From IMG/VR virus record IMGVR_UViG_3300049571_000582, positions 32,001 to 96,000 of that record: a stretch of DNA of 64,000 nucleotides. One strand, written 5' to 3'. Positions 49,424-58,236 of the stretch are shown in pieces; the stretch's first letter is position 1, and each line of letters starts with the position of its first letter. Position numbers and translations under genes: made by a program. Under the pieces are notes generated by a model. It was given only the letters and a program-made list of their open reading frames with translations. It was not told the origin of the DNA and did not search any database. Origin of the DNA: a virus.

Positions 49424-49939
49424 ATGCCGGCTCCGTCCAAGGTCAAAACCACGTCAGTGACGTCCGGGGCCATGAAGGTTCTGGACTCGGGTTCGCGCCA
49501 GAAGTTTGCGACTGGTGCCCAGCGTGACATCGAGGTGGGAAAGGGCCGTATGGACCTTCTTCCGTTCCACGCCCTCATCGAGCTTTCGAAACTTTTCGAG
49601 GAGGGGGCCGTCAAGTATGGCGACGGCAACTGGCGGCTGGGGATGCCGCTGAGCAGGTATCTCAATTCCGCCCTCCGGCACCTCTTCAAGTTCGCATTGG
49701 GCATGCGGGACGAACCCCATGAGGTCCAGGCGATTTGGAACCTTTGTGCCCTCATCGAGACTCGCCGTCTGATCCTTATGGGGGCGCTCCCCAAGAAGCT
49801 CAACGACCTCAAGCGTTTCGACGAGCTGGTGACAACCATCGAAAGCCTCGATCTGATCAAGCAGGAAGTCGCCCACTTCCGCGAGGCCAAAGATGCGGCA
49901 ACGAAAACAAAGGATCGAAATAAAGGCAGGAACCCGTGA
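49424..49939 (+). CDS. dATP/dGTP diphosphohydrolase domain protein (DUF5664)
   Basis: GKGRMDLLP...GAVKYGDGNWRLG...SALRH...H...WN. Confidence 0.88.
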   Translation: MPAPSKVKTTSVTSGAMKVLDSGSRQKFATGAQRDIEVGKGRMDLLPFHALIELSKLFEEGAVKYGDGNWRLGMPLSRYLNSALRHLFKFALGMRDEPHEVQAIWNLCALIETRRLILMGALPKKLNDLKRFDELVTTIESLDLIKQEVAHFREAKDAATKTKDRNKGRNP

Positions 49940-50196
49940 GCGACTTCAATCTTCAATTCGGCGGCGGCTTTGCCTTCCACACGCCAAAGTGGTGGGAATA
50001 CAAGCTGTTGGCCATCAATCCTGGCGGCGGCGAGTGGCCCTTGGGTCCACGTGGGTGGGTCACGCTGGTTTGGAACATGGACGTGTTCGCCTGGGGACGG
50101 GTACCAGTCCTGAAACTGGCCATTTTTCTGTCTCTGGTTGCCGGACTTCTGGGCGGGGTGGCGGCCTTCCTGCTTCTCCGTGCAATCGCCGGCTGA
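49936..50196 (+). CDS. Small membrane protein
   Basis: C-terminal hydrophobic helix; GTGA overlap with the upstream gene. Confidence 0.55.
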   Translation: MSDFNLQFGGGFAFHTPKWWEYKLLAINPGGGEWPLGPRGWVTLVWNMDVFAWGRVPVLKLAIFLSLVAGLLGGVAAFLLLRAIAG

Positions 50197-50241
50197 GAAT
50201 CGCCCGATCAATGCGTATCACGTTGCGCTAAAGGATCCACC

Positions 50242-51711
50242 ATGCCCGTTGACATGTCCGCCATTGGTAATCTCTCTCCGTCCAAGCTGGAAAACCTCAT
50301 CCTGTGCCCGGCCCGTCTTCTCTCGAAGATGAACCTGCTGGGCGAAGAGGAGGTGGAAGAAGAAAAGGGAGACGAGGCCAAGGTGGGCGTGCTCGCGCAC
50401 GCGGCGGCCAAGTGGTGGTACCGGCCGTGCGAGAAGTGGAAGCAGCGGATCGCCGGCGGCGATGATCCCGACGTCTTGGCCAGAGAGGCGCAGGCACTTC
50501 GTGATCAGGTCTATGCGAAGCTCACGTCGGCGACGCCTACCGACGAAGAAAGGGAATCCCTTCAGCAGCTGATCAACGACGCCGACGAGGTCATCAACGA
50601 AAAGGGCCTGTTGAAGCACCCCTGGTCGTCCGCGGAGTATTGCCTCCACAAGGCGATGATGGAATGCCGCAAGGCGCGCTTTGGGTCAGAGCTGATTGCG
50701 GATCCCGCCAACATCGAGGACGCCAAACGCCTGTTTGGCCTTATCCGCAACCACTACGATCGAACCATCCTGAACATCGTGTTCGCTGAACGAAAATACA
50801 AGGGGGACCTGGGCAACGGTGTCCCGGTGTCACTGATCATCGACTTGGCACTCGACCGCGGCGGCGGCCGGCTGGAGATCGTCGACTACAAGACCGGCAT
50901 GATTGCCTGCACCACGGAAGAAATGTATTCGAAGCATCAGGTCCTCATGAACCTGATGGCTCTACACAAACATGACGCCTCGCTGGCGATGTACCCGGAG
51001 AAGTCCTTCACCTACTTCTGGGTGCAGATGGGCACCGAGACCGGTCCGGTCTCCCAGACCTGGGAGCAGCTCACCGATTACGAATACTTCCTTGCCGAAA
51101 AGTACCAGGAACTGGTCGACCATGTCGTGGCTGCCCAGAAGCCCGAGACGCGGTCCCAGGTGCCCGAGCACACCAATCGCTTCTGCCGGAGCTGCCCGCG
51201 GCGGTTCCGCTGCACGCGGTATCAGGAGATGGTCACGGAAGCGATGTGCTTCAAGGAGGTCATGGGCGAAGATGCCATCAAGTCCCTCGGTGACGACGAG
51301 ATCATGGCGCGGTACGAGGAAATCGGGCAGAAGATCAAGCTGCTGGAAAACGCCAAGGGCAAGCTCTCCGAGATCCTCCTGGCGGAGATGGACAAGCGAA
51401 AGGTGAAATTCATCGAGGGTGAGAAGCACAAGTGCTCCCTTCGGCAGAATCGTGCCGATTCGATCGATGGTCCGACGGTGGTGTCGCTCTGCCAGCTCAA
51501 TAGCATCGACCTGGCAAGCGTGGCGAGCTTCTCGAAAAAGAAGGTGGAGGCCGCGTTTGCCAACAACGCAGAGGCCATGAAGCGCATCGGTCTGACGATG
51601 CGTCGCGGGATGGCTAGCGCCTATCCCGACGTTCGAGCCCGGAAAGCTGATGCGCCCGATTCGCCGAAGGGAAAGTCGAAGAAAAAGCCTTCTCCCGAAA
51701 GCAGCAGCTAG
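50242..51711 (+). CDS. RecB/Cas4-like PD-(D/E)XK nuclease with Fe-S cysteines
   Basis: LSPSK...CP, IDL...IVDYKTG, Q, CRSCPRRFRC. Confidence 0.85.
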   Translation: MPVDMSAIGNLSPSKLENLILCPARLLSKMNLLGEEEVEEEKGDEAKVGVLAHAAAKWWYRPCEKWKQRIAGGDDPDVLAREAQALRDQVYAKLTSATPTDEERESLQQLINDADEVINEKGLLKHPWSSAEYCLHKAMMECRKARFGSELIADPANIEDAKRLFGLIRNHYDRTILNIVFAERKYKGDLGNGVPVSLIIDLALDRGGGRLEIVDYKTGMIACTTEEMYSKHQVLMNLMALHKHDASLAMYPEKSFTYFWVQMGTETGPVSQTWEQLTDYEYFLAEKYQELVDHVVAAQKPETRSQVPEHTNRFCRSCPRRFRCTRYQEMVTEAMCFKEVMGEDAIKSLGDDEIMARYEEIGQKIKLLENAKGKLSEILLAEMDKRKVKFIEGEKHKCSLRQNRADSIDGPTVVSLCQLNSIDLASVASFSKKKVEAAFANNAEAMKRIGLTMRRGMASAYPDVRARKADAPDSPKGKSKKKPSPESSS

Positions 51712-51753
51712 GTTTTTGCCCGATCTACGAGGCGTCCTTATGGAGACGCCTTC

Positions 51754-52044
51754 GTGCCTGAAGTTGTTGGAAAACTTGTTCGGATGCCCAACCTGTGTCC
51801 GGACCACAACGCCCCATCGACCACGGTTGTCAACACCGTAGGCGTGGGGCTCAAGAATATGTCGCTGTGCCGGGGCTGCATTCACTTCAAGCCCAAGCAG
51901 CAGAGCAACTGCCCGATCGCGCAGCAACTCTTTGAACTCAGCAACAGATTCCATATTGGGACCATCCCCATCCGGTGTGCGAGCTTCCAGCCGCTCCCCG
52001 GCGTTCCCCTGTCCAATTCCCGCGGCATCGGAGACGATCTGTGA
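51754..52044 (+). CDS. Small Cys-rich hypothetical protein
   Basis: CRGC...CP...C; preceded by the promoter motif and GGAG. Confidence 0.55.
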   Translation: MPEVVGKLVRMPNLCPDHNAPSTTVVNTVGVGLKNMSLCRGCIHFKPKQQSNCPIAQQLFELSNRFHIGTIPIRCASFQPLPGVPLSNSRGIGDDL

Positions 52045-52625
52045 AGTACGAGCAGCACAAAGAACTCATTGAGAAGCAGGCCGCGGCGTTGGGCGTGGAG
52101 TGCACGACCCTCGGCAGCCCCAAGGCCCCCGTGATGCTCGTGGGCACACAGATGTACGCTGGCGAAAAAATCCCCTTCAGCTCGCCGCGGTCCGCGCCGG
52201 CGATCAACCTCGTTCAGCAGCTGGGCGTTCCCAAGGAAATGATCCATCTCACGAACCTGTGCCGGCTGCCGGTCGATCAGGAAGTGCAGCCGTCGGCGAT
52301 TGCCGACGAGACCGTCGAGTTCCTTCTCAACTACGTGCAAGAACACCTTCCCAAGGCAGTGGTGCTCATGGGGGGCGCGGCGATCCGCATTCTCGGAGGC
52401 CCGCAGATCAACGATCTTCGACTCCGGAGATGGGTATGGGCGGGGCGGTTCAAGAAGACCACGTTCTTCGCCACGCATGATCCCTCCGTCGCCTCGGGCC
52501 AGGTGGGACTTCTGTCAGTGCCGGCCGCCGAGTTCATGATGGATGTCAAAGCGGTGCTGGAGACTGACCAGGACTACTTCCCCACGATTCGTCCGGTAGG
52601 GGGGTTCCATGGCCAGAGCGCCTAA
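52041..52625 (+). CDS. Degenerate uracil-DNA glycosylase (family 4-like fold)
   Basis: GSPKAPVMLVG, IHLTNLCR, PKAVVLMG, THDPS; canonical GEAPG motif absent. Confidence 0.7.
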   Translation: MKYEQHKELIEKQAAALGVECTTLGSPKAPVMLVGTQMYAGEKIPFSSPRSAPAINLVQQLGVPKEMIHLTNLCRLPVDQEVQPSAIADETVEFLLNYVQEHLPKAVVLMGGAAIRILGGPQINDLRLRRWVWAGRFKKTTFFATHDPSVASGQVGLLSVPAAEFMMDVKAVLETDQDYFPTIRPVGGFHGQSA

Positions 52626-54390
52626 GCTGGGAAAATTCGACGTCGCTGAGGCGAAGATCGCTCGTGACTTTCTCGGTGAGCAACTCTCCAAGACCGCCAA
52701 GGCCAAGCTCGTCACCCACGAGAACGGAGTCTGGCTGGTCAACCCCGAGACCAAGGTCACCTACAACGTGATGATGGCGAACCCGCCACACCCACAGACG
52801 GGTCTGGTCCGGATGGTCTTCTCTCGGGCCGGCGAGCCGGTCTTCGGAGTCAAGGGGGCCACGTGGCTTGTGGTCTTCGAGCCCTTCAGTGGGACCGCAT
52901 ACCTCATTGCCTCCCGCGACCTGACCGAACGGGTAAACGACGTGATCCGGAATCCGGATTCGTCACATGGGATGCTCGGCCTGAAGCGGGATGACAAGTA
53001 CCTCCTCATCAGCGTGCACATGGACTGGGCGACCAATAGCCGCTTGTGTCGTCATGTGATCAAGATCGGCGGTAAGGTTTACGCGGAATACCGCGACGCG
53101 AAGATGCGTGAGCCCGAGGGGTTCGTCCACCTGCACAACCACTCCACGTACTCGCTGCTGGATGGATGCTCGGAGATCTCCGCTATCGCCAAGCGTGCGT
53201 ACCTCAATGGCCAGCCAGGCATCGCCCTCACCGACCACGGCAACGTCTTTGGTGCTTACAAGCACTGGGCGGCGTGCAAGGAGCGGGGCGTCAAGGCCAT
53301 CATGGGATGCGAGATCTACCTTGTTGACGACGTCGGCCAGAAGTACGTCAACAACAACGGCAACACCGCGCGGTTCGAGCATCACCTCACCCTGATCGCC
53401 ATGAACGCCGCGGGCTGGGAAAACCTCTGCAAGCTGCTAACGATCGGCGGCCGCGATCACTACCACTACGTCCCCCGAATCGACTTCAAGATGCTGGCCG
53501 CCCACGCGGAAGGCCTGATTTGCTGCACCGGCTGCTTCAAGGGGCCTGTTGCGCACTATTTGCAGGACAGACCGCTTCGCGAGGGCGAGACCAAACTGAA
53601 CTGGTGGCAGGTCAAGAGCGTCGACATGGCCGTTGAGCGATTGAACTGGCTCAAGGGGATGTTCGGCGATCGCCTGTACGGCGAAGTGATGAACATCGAC
53701 TACGCACCCTACGTTGCTTGCGTCCCACAGCTTCTGGACATCTTCTCCAGCCACAAGGTGCCCACAGTCCTCACCAACGACAACCACTACGAGATCGCCG
53801 AGGACGCCGAGGTCCAGTCGATCATGACCAAGGTGTCGAGCCAGAAGGTCGACGGCCTCGGCGAGAATGCCCAGAAACAGGGTGTGTATTTCATTCGCAC
53901 CCTCGCCGACATGGTGGGCGGCGCTAGCTGGGTGAGCAAAGAGATGACCGATCGCACGGTCGAGATCCTCGATCGGTGCAGTCTCACGTTCGACCGGGAC
54001 GGATATGTCTTCCCGCCTTTTGATGTGAACTCGGATCCCGACTGGAAGCGATTCGAGGCCGCCGGCAAGACGACGAAGACTACCACCTGTGACCTGGGAC
54101 CACCCAAGGCCCCCATCACACACGAAACCCACGAAGCCCACCCCAACTCCATCGCCGCCCTCGAGTCCTCGAAGGACTCAATGAGCGAGCGAGCCGCGGC
54201 CGTCCTGGGGAATGTGAAGGCCGTGGGCGCGGGCACCGACAAAGAGATCGCGATCCGCATGGGATTTGATCACAAGAGCGCCGTGCAGCCACGCATCAGT
54301 GAGCTGGTGGACGCGGGCCTCCTCAAGGAAATCGGAAGTAAGCCGGACCCCGACACAAAAAAGAGTGTTCGGGTCGTGGCCGCAGCTTGA
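52609..54390 (+). CDS. dnaE: Stand-alone DnaE PHP domain with an unknown N-terminal domain and a C-terminal wHTH (split DnaE, N part)
   Basis: FVHLHNHSTYSLLDG, TDHGN, GCEIY, HLTL, PRID, TGC, TNDNHY; C-terminal TDKEIA...VQPRISELVDAGLL. Confidence 0.88.
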   Translation: MARAPKLGKFDVAEAKIARDFLGEQLSKTAKAKLVTHENGVWLVNPETKVTYNVMMANPPHPQTGLVRMVFSRAGEPVFGVKGATWLVVFEPFSGTAYLIASRDLTERVNDVIRNPDSSHGMLGLKRDDKYLLISVHMDWATNSRLCRHVIKIGGKVYAEYRDAKMREPEGFVHLHNHSTYSLLDGCSEISAIAKRAYLNGQPGIALTDHGNVFGAYKHWAACKERGVKAIMGCEIYLVDDVGQKYVNNNGNTARFEHHLTLIAMNAAGWENLCKLLTIGGRDHYHYVPRIDFKMLAAHAEGLICCTGCFKGPVAHYLQDRPLREGETKLNWWQVKSVDMAVERLNWLKGMFGDRLYGEVMNIDYAPYVACVPQLLDIFSSHKVPTVLTNDNHYEIAEDAEVQSIMTKVSSQKVDGLGENAQKQGVYFIRTLADMVGGASWVSKEMTDRTVEILDRCSLTFDRDGYVFPPFDVNSDPDWKRFEAAGKTTKTTTCDLGPPKAPITHETHEAHPNSIAALESSKDSMSERAAAVLGNVKAVGAGTDKEIAIRMGFDHKSAVQPRISELVDAGLLKEIGSKPDPDTKKSVRVVAAA

Positions 54391-54396
54391 CGTATC

Positions 54397-54430
54397 CCGG
54401 GGGCCGCTGGAGGGGGCGGCCCCCGGTTTT
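54397..54430 (+). terminator. Intrinsic terminator after the PHP gene
   Basis: CCGGGGGCCGC/GCGGCCCCCGG 11-bp stem followed by TTTT. Confidence 0.7.
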
Positions 54431-54454
54431 GAAGTTCCCCGAACTGGTGAAGAC

Positions 54455-55030
54455 ATGGGGAGGCGAAAACGGGAGATCGGCCCGATGGGCCGCAACGATC
54501 CGCGACACAAGACCGCGATCAAGTACCTGCGGCTTATTGCCAAAGTCGCGGGACAGGCCTCGCACGGGCAAGGCCAAGCCGAGGACCTGATGGGAGAAGG
54601 ATACCTGGCCGTCCTTCGCCTGGTCGAAACATTCCGTGAGGGGGCCGGGTGCAAAACCCTTGGCACGTACATCCAGTCACGCTTACCGATGCGTCTTCGG
54701 TACGCCCTGCGTGAAGACATCTGCCAGCCAAAGTACGCATACGCAAGGTCCCAGCGAGAGCGGCGAGGTGTTGCAAAGATCCTCTCGGGCATTCGATCGA
54801 ACGAGAAGCAACCAGACCTCGACGCGGCCCAGCGTGAGTGCTTCCGCAAGTTGCGGGCCATGGTTGGCGGCCTGCCTCCCAAGATGAAGGTCGTGGTGAC
54901 CCAGCACTTCTTTGAGGGCAAGACGTGCCAAGAGATTGCGGATACCCAAGGCGTCACTCGGCAGGCCGTCAACATGCGAATCCAGACCGCGTTGGGCCTG
55001 CTTCGTGAGTTGATGAAGGAGCATAGATGA
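54455..55030 (+). CDS. Second phage sigma-70-family sigma factor
   Basis: EDLMGEGYLAVLRLVETF...G...TYI (region 2); LPPKMKVVV...TCQEIADTQGVTRQAVN (region 4). Confidence 0.85.
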   Translation: MGRRKREIGPMGRNDPRHKTAIKYLRLIAKVAGQASHGQGQAEDLMGEGYLAVLRLVETFREGAGCKTLGTYIQSRLPMRLRYALREDICQPKYAYARSQRERRGVAKILSGIRSNEKQPDLDAAQRECFRKLRAMVGGLPPKMKVVVTQHFFEGKTCQEIADTQGVTRQAVNMRIQTALGLLRELMKEHR

Positions 55031-55557
55031 CGTCTAAGGAAGTTCTGCAGGCGATCCGTGACAAGTACCGGAGCCCGTGGCTGGTGTTCCCTGAGCTTCG
55101 TTGCGGCACGGGCTACGGAAAGCGATCGGAGCAGCGGATCGACGCATGGGTTATGCATCCATACCCATCGAGCGGGTGCAAGCGGATCGCCTTCGAGATC
55201 AAGGTGGACCGCCAGGACTTCCTCAACGAGATCAAGAACCCGCTGAAGCGACGTGGGGCGGTTCTCTATTCAAACCAGTTCTACTTCATCACGCCGCCCG
55301 GCCTGGTGCTTCCGGGAGAGGTCCCGATCGAATGCGGCCTGATGGAGGTGATTAACGCGGGCAGGAAAAAACCTGAAGGCGGGGGTTGGTTTTCTGCCGG
55401 GATTGCCCGATCTCCCTTTTGGTTCAGGGAAGTCATAGACGCCCCGGTTCGCGAGAGCATTCTTCCAACGTGGAAGTTTGTTGCCTCCATCGGAAGGCGG
55501 ATCCTCCGCGAAGAGCCCAAGATCGATACCCCCGAAGCCAATGTGGAGACCATGTGA
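55027..55557 (+). CDS. MmcB-like PD-(D/E)XK nuclease
   Basis: RIDAW...FEIKVDRQDFLNE...SNQFYFITP...EVP..CGL. Confidence 0.8.
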   Translation: MTSKEVLQAIRDKYRSPWLVFPELRCGTGYGKRSEQRIDAWVMHPYPSSGCKRIAFEIKVDRQDFLNEIKNPLKRRGAVLYSNQFYFITPPGLVLPGEVPIECGLMEVINAGRKKPEGGGWFSAGIARSPFWFREVIDAPVRESILPTWKFVASIGRRILREEPKIDTPEANVETM

Positions 55558-58217
55558 GCGACGCTCCCAAGGAAAAGCCCAAGCCGCAGTGGTCGGAGAC
55601 TGACGAGTTCCTGAAATTCAAGGTGCTCAATGGACTGAAGGACCGCGGCTACCCCACCACACAGAAGTACCTCGATCGCGTGGAGATGGAGTCGCAGGTC
55701 ATTTGCGCAACTGGGTATGCGCCCTACTTCCTGATCGTCGCCGATCTGTGCCGATTCATGCGGGAAAAGAAGATTCGCTTCTTGGTCCGTGGGTCCGGCT
55801 GCGGATCGATCTACGTATGGTCGCTGGGTATTTCGCATGCATGGCTTGACCCAATTGAGCTGGAGCTTCCGTTCGAGCGGTTTTTGAACCCCGAGCGAAT
55901 TTCCATGCCGGATTTGGATATTGACATCCAGGATGACCGCCGGCACGAGGTTGTTTCCTACACCGTCGAAAAGTACGGAGGCGATCGGGTTGCCCGCATC
56001 ATCAGCTTCGGAACCCTCGGCGCACGCGCGGCGATCAAGGATCTGGCCCGAGCGCTGGACCTTCCCGATTACCAGATGGTGGCCGACAAGATCACCAAGG
56101 CAATCCCCGTCAACACGGATCTCGACGACGCCCTCAAGGCCAGCGAGTTGCTGCAGGAGATGGAGAAGTCCTATCCGCGGCTTTTCGAAATGGCACGCCG
56201 CGTCGAGGGCAAGACCCGGCACACGACTGTCCACGCGGCCGGCGTGGTTATCGCCCCCGACGAGATGACGAAGTTCATGCCGGTGTACTACACCGGAAAC
56301 CCAGCGGATCGCGACCCGGCCGACTGGGAGCCGGTCACCAGCTGGGACATGTACGACGTTGAAGAGCGTGGCCTGCTGAAGATGGATTACTTGGGCTTGA
56401 AGACCCTGCGTGTGATTGATCAATCCGAGCGACTGATCAACTTCATCCGCACGAAGCAGGGGCTGCCTCCGGACTTCAGCATCGACACTGTCGATCGCCG
56501 CGACCACAAGGCGTGGGCGTTGCTTGCCGCGGGCCGGCTCGCTGGCGTCTTTCAGGTAGAACGGAAGTTTGTGCGGAACTTCGCCAAACGCATGAACCTT
56601 CTCAAGAACAAGGATCCCTGGCAGCTTGCCATTTTGATCGCCATCATCCGCCCGGGCATGATGGACACGGGCCAAACGGAGATCTACCTCCGGCGGGCCT
56701 CGGGCCAGGAAGAGCCAACACCCCTGCACCCCCTCCTGGAGGCGACCCTCCGCAAAACCTTCGGCATCATGGTGTTCCAAGAAGACACCATGTTCGTCGC
56801 CCGCGACCTGTCCAGATTCACGATGGCAAAGGCCGACGTGCTTCGCAAGGGCATCGGTAAGAAGAAGCCCGAGTTCGTGGCCAAGATGTATCCCCTGTTC
56901 GAGTCTGGGGCCATTGGTCAGTCCGTCTCCAAGGAAGATGTCAGCCGGATTTGGAGCCTGATCGAAGCCCACTCCCGCTACTCGTTCAACAATGCCCACG
57001 CGGCCGCCTACGGGCTCGTTGGCACCTACCAGACGGCCTACCTCAAGGCCAACCACCCCTTAGTCTACATGACGTGCCTGATCAACTCTGAAGCGGGCGT
57101 AGGCACGAAGGAACAGGGGTACAACTGCAAGGTCGCCGAATACGTCGAAGAGGCACGGACCATGGGCATTGGCGTGCTGCCTCCCTGCATCCGGGCGTCG
57201 GCGGCCATGTGCCGCGTCGACCTTGGAAAAAACGCCATTCGGTTTGGTCTCTCGCTGATCAAGGGAGTTGGCGAAAAGGCGGCCGCATGGATCGTCACGA
57301 AGTCACGGGACGCCAAGAGCTTCAAGGAATTCCTCCTCACCTGCTTTGAGGAGCTGGAAGTCGAGGTCAAGCCCAAGGTCTCCAAGGCCACCATGAAAGA
57401 GATTGTCGCAGAGGTCACACAGCCATCGCAGCTGGCCGCCCCCGGCACGGAAGTGGCGGAGATGCAGGAAATGCTGCTCGACGCGCAGGTGGAAGCCCGG
57501 ATGGAGGTCAAGAAGGCTTGGAAGAGCTACAGCCGCGTGGGCAAGGGGGAAATCGAATCCCTGATTCATGCCGGCGCTTTCGACGGGTTCGACAGCGATC
57601 GCGAAAAGCTGCTGGCGATGCTGGAGGACCTGCTGTCTCTCGCCGGCAAGTTCCACGAGCAGTCGTGCAAGCAGCGGAATGGTAGCACACGGCTCAAGCT
57701 CACCCCCGAGATGATCAAAGGGCAACTGGACGCCGCGGACCTCGATGAGGCGGCCATCAACCGGGACGGCCTGGAGAAGCGGCTGGAGATGGAGCGTGCC
57801 TACACCGGGTGCTACCTCTCTGAAAGCCCCTTCCAGCCCTATCGAAAGACGATTGACGAGTACGAGACCACGACGATCGAAGAAGTTCTTGCCGGGCAGT
57901 TTCACAAGGGAGCGGTGCTCGCCGGCATCCTTCGCGACTTCCGGATCTTCACGATCAAAAACGGAAAGAACAAAGGCCGCGAGATGGGGTACTTCACCTT
58001 CTCCGGCGTCGGCGGCGACCTCGATGTCACCTGCTTCGCCGACATGTGGGACCGCCTCAAGCCCCGGCCTGTTGCCGAGGGGCAGAAGCCCCAGCCGACG
58101 ATGGTCGAACGCGGCAAGGTCTTCCTCGTTCAAATCAACCCCGATCGCAACGGCGGCACGCCTGTGATGGCCGAACTGACGCGGCTGTCGAACACGGCGT
58201 ACGCCGAAGGATCCTAG
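55554..58217 (+). CDS. dnaE: DNA polymerase III alpha catalytic part lacking PHP (split DnaE, C part)
   Basis: YFLIVAD, RGSGCGS, FERFLNPER, MPDLDID, HAAGVVI, KMDYLGL, FQE, YSFNNAHA, HhH and OB domains; GTG start at 55554. Confidence 0.95.
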   Translation: MSDAPKEKPKPQWSETDEFLKFKVLNGLKDRGYPTTQKYLDRVEMESQVICATGYAPYFLIVADLCRFMREKKIRFLVRGSGCGSIYVWSLGISHAWLDPIELELPFERFLNPERISMPDLDIDIQDDRRHEVVSYTVEKYGGDRVARIISFGTLGARAAIKDLARALDLPDYQMVADKITKAIPVNTDLDDALKASELLQEMEKSYPRLFEMARRVEGKTRHTTVHAAGVVIAPDEMTKFMPVYYTGNPADRDPADWEPVTSWDMYDVEERGLLKMDYLGLKTLRVIDQSERLINFIRTKQGLPPDFSIDTVDRRDHKAWALLAAGRLAGVFQVERKFVRNFAKRMNLLKNKDPWQLAILIAIIRPGMMDTGQTEIYLRRASGQEEPTPLHPLLEATLRKTFGIMVFQEDTMFVARDLSRFTMAKADVLRKGIGKKKPEFVAKMYPLFESGAIGQSVSKEDVSRIWSLIEAHSRYSFNNAHAAAYGLVGTYQTAYLKANHPLVYMTCLINSEAGVGTKEQGYNCKVAEYVEEARTMGIGVLPPCIRASAAMCRVDLGKNAIRFGLSLIKGVGEKAAAWIVTKSRDAKSFKEFLLTCFEELEVEVKPKVSKATMKEIVAEVTQPSQLAAPGTEVAEMQEMLLDAQVEARMEVKKAWKSYSRVGKGEIESLIHAGAFDGFDSDREKLLAMLEDLLSLAGKFHEQSCKQRNGSTRLKLTPEMIKGQLDAADLDEAAINRDGLEKRLEMERAYTGCYLSESPFQPYRKTIDEYETTTIEEVLAGQFHKGAVLAGILRDFRIFTIKNGKNKGREMGYFTFSGVGGDLDVTCFADMWDRLKPRPVAEGQKPQPTMVERGKVFLVQINPDRNGGTPVMAELTRLSNTAYAEGS

Positions 58218-58236
58218 TTCTAGCGGAGTAACACCC

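Noticed and set aside
49424-49939. Definitive Z-genome (diaminopurine) pathway
   Set aside because: No purZ in the window; DUF5664 alone is not diagnostic.
50242-51711. CRISPR-associated Cas4
   Set aside because: No cas1/cas2 or array; stand-alone Cas4/RecB-like nucleases are common in phage replication modules.
54000-55620. Split intein or self-splicing intron joining the DnaE halves
   Set aside because: No intein block A after the PHP and no terminal HN-C/S/T before the core. The gap holds a terminator and two ordinary genes, with no visible intron core.
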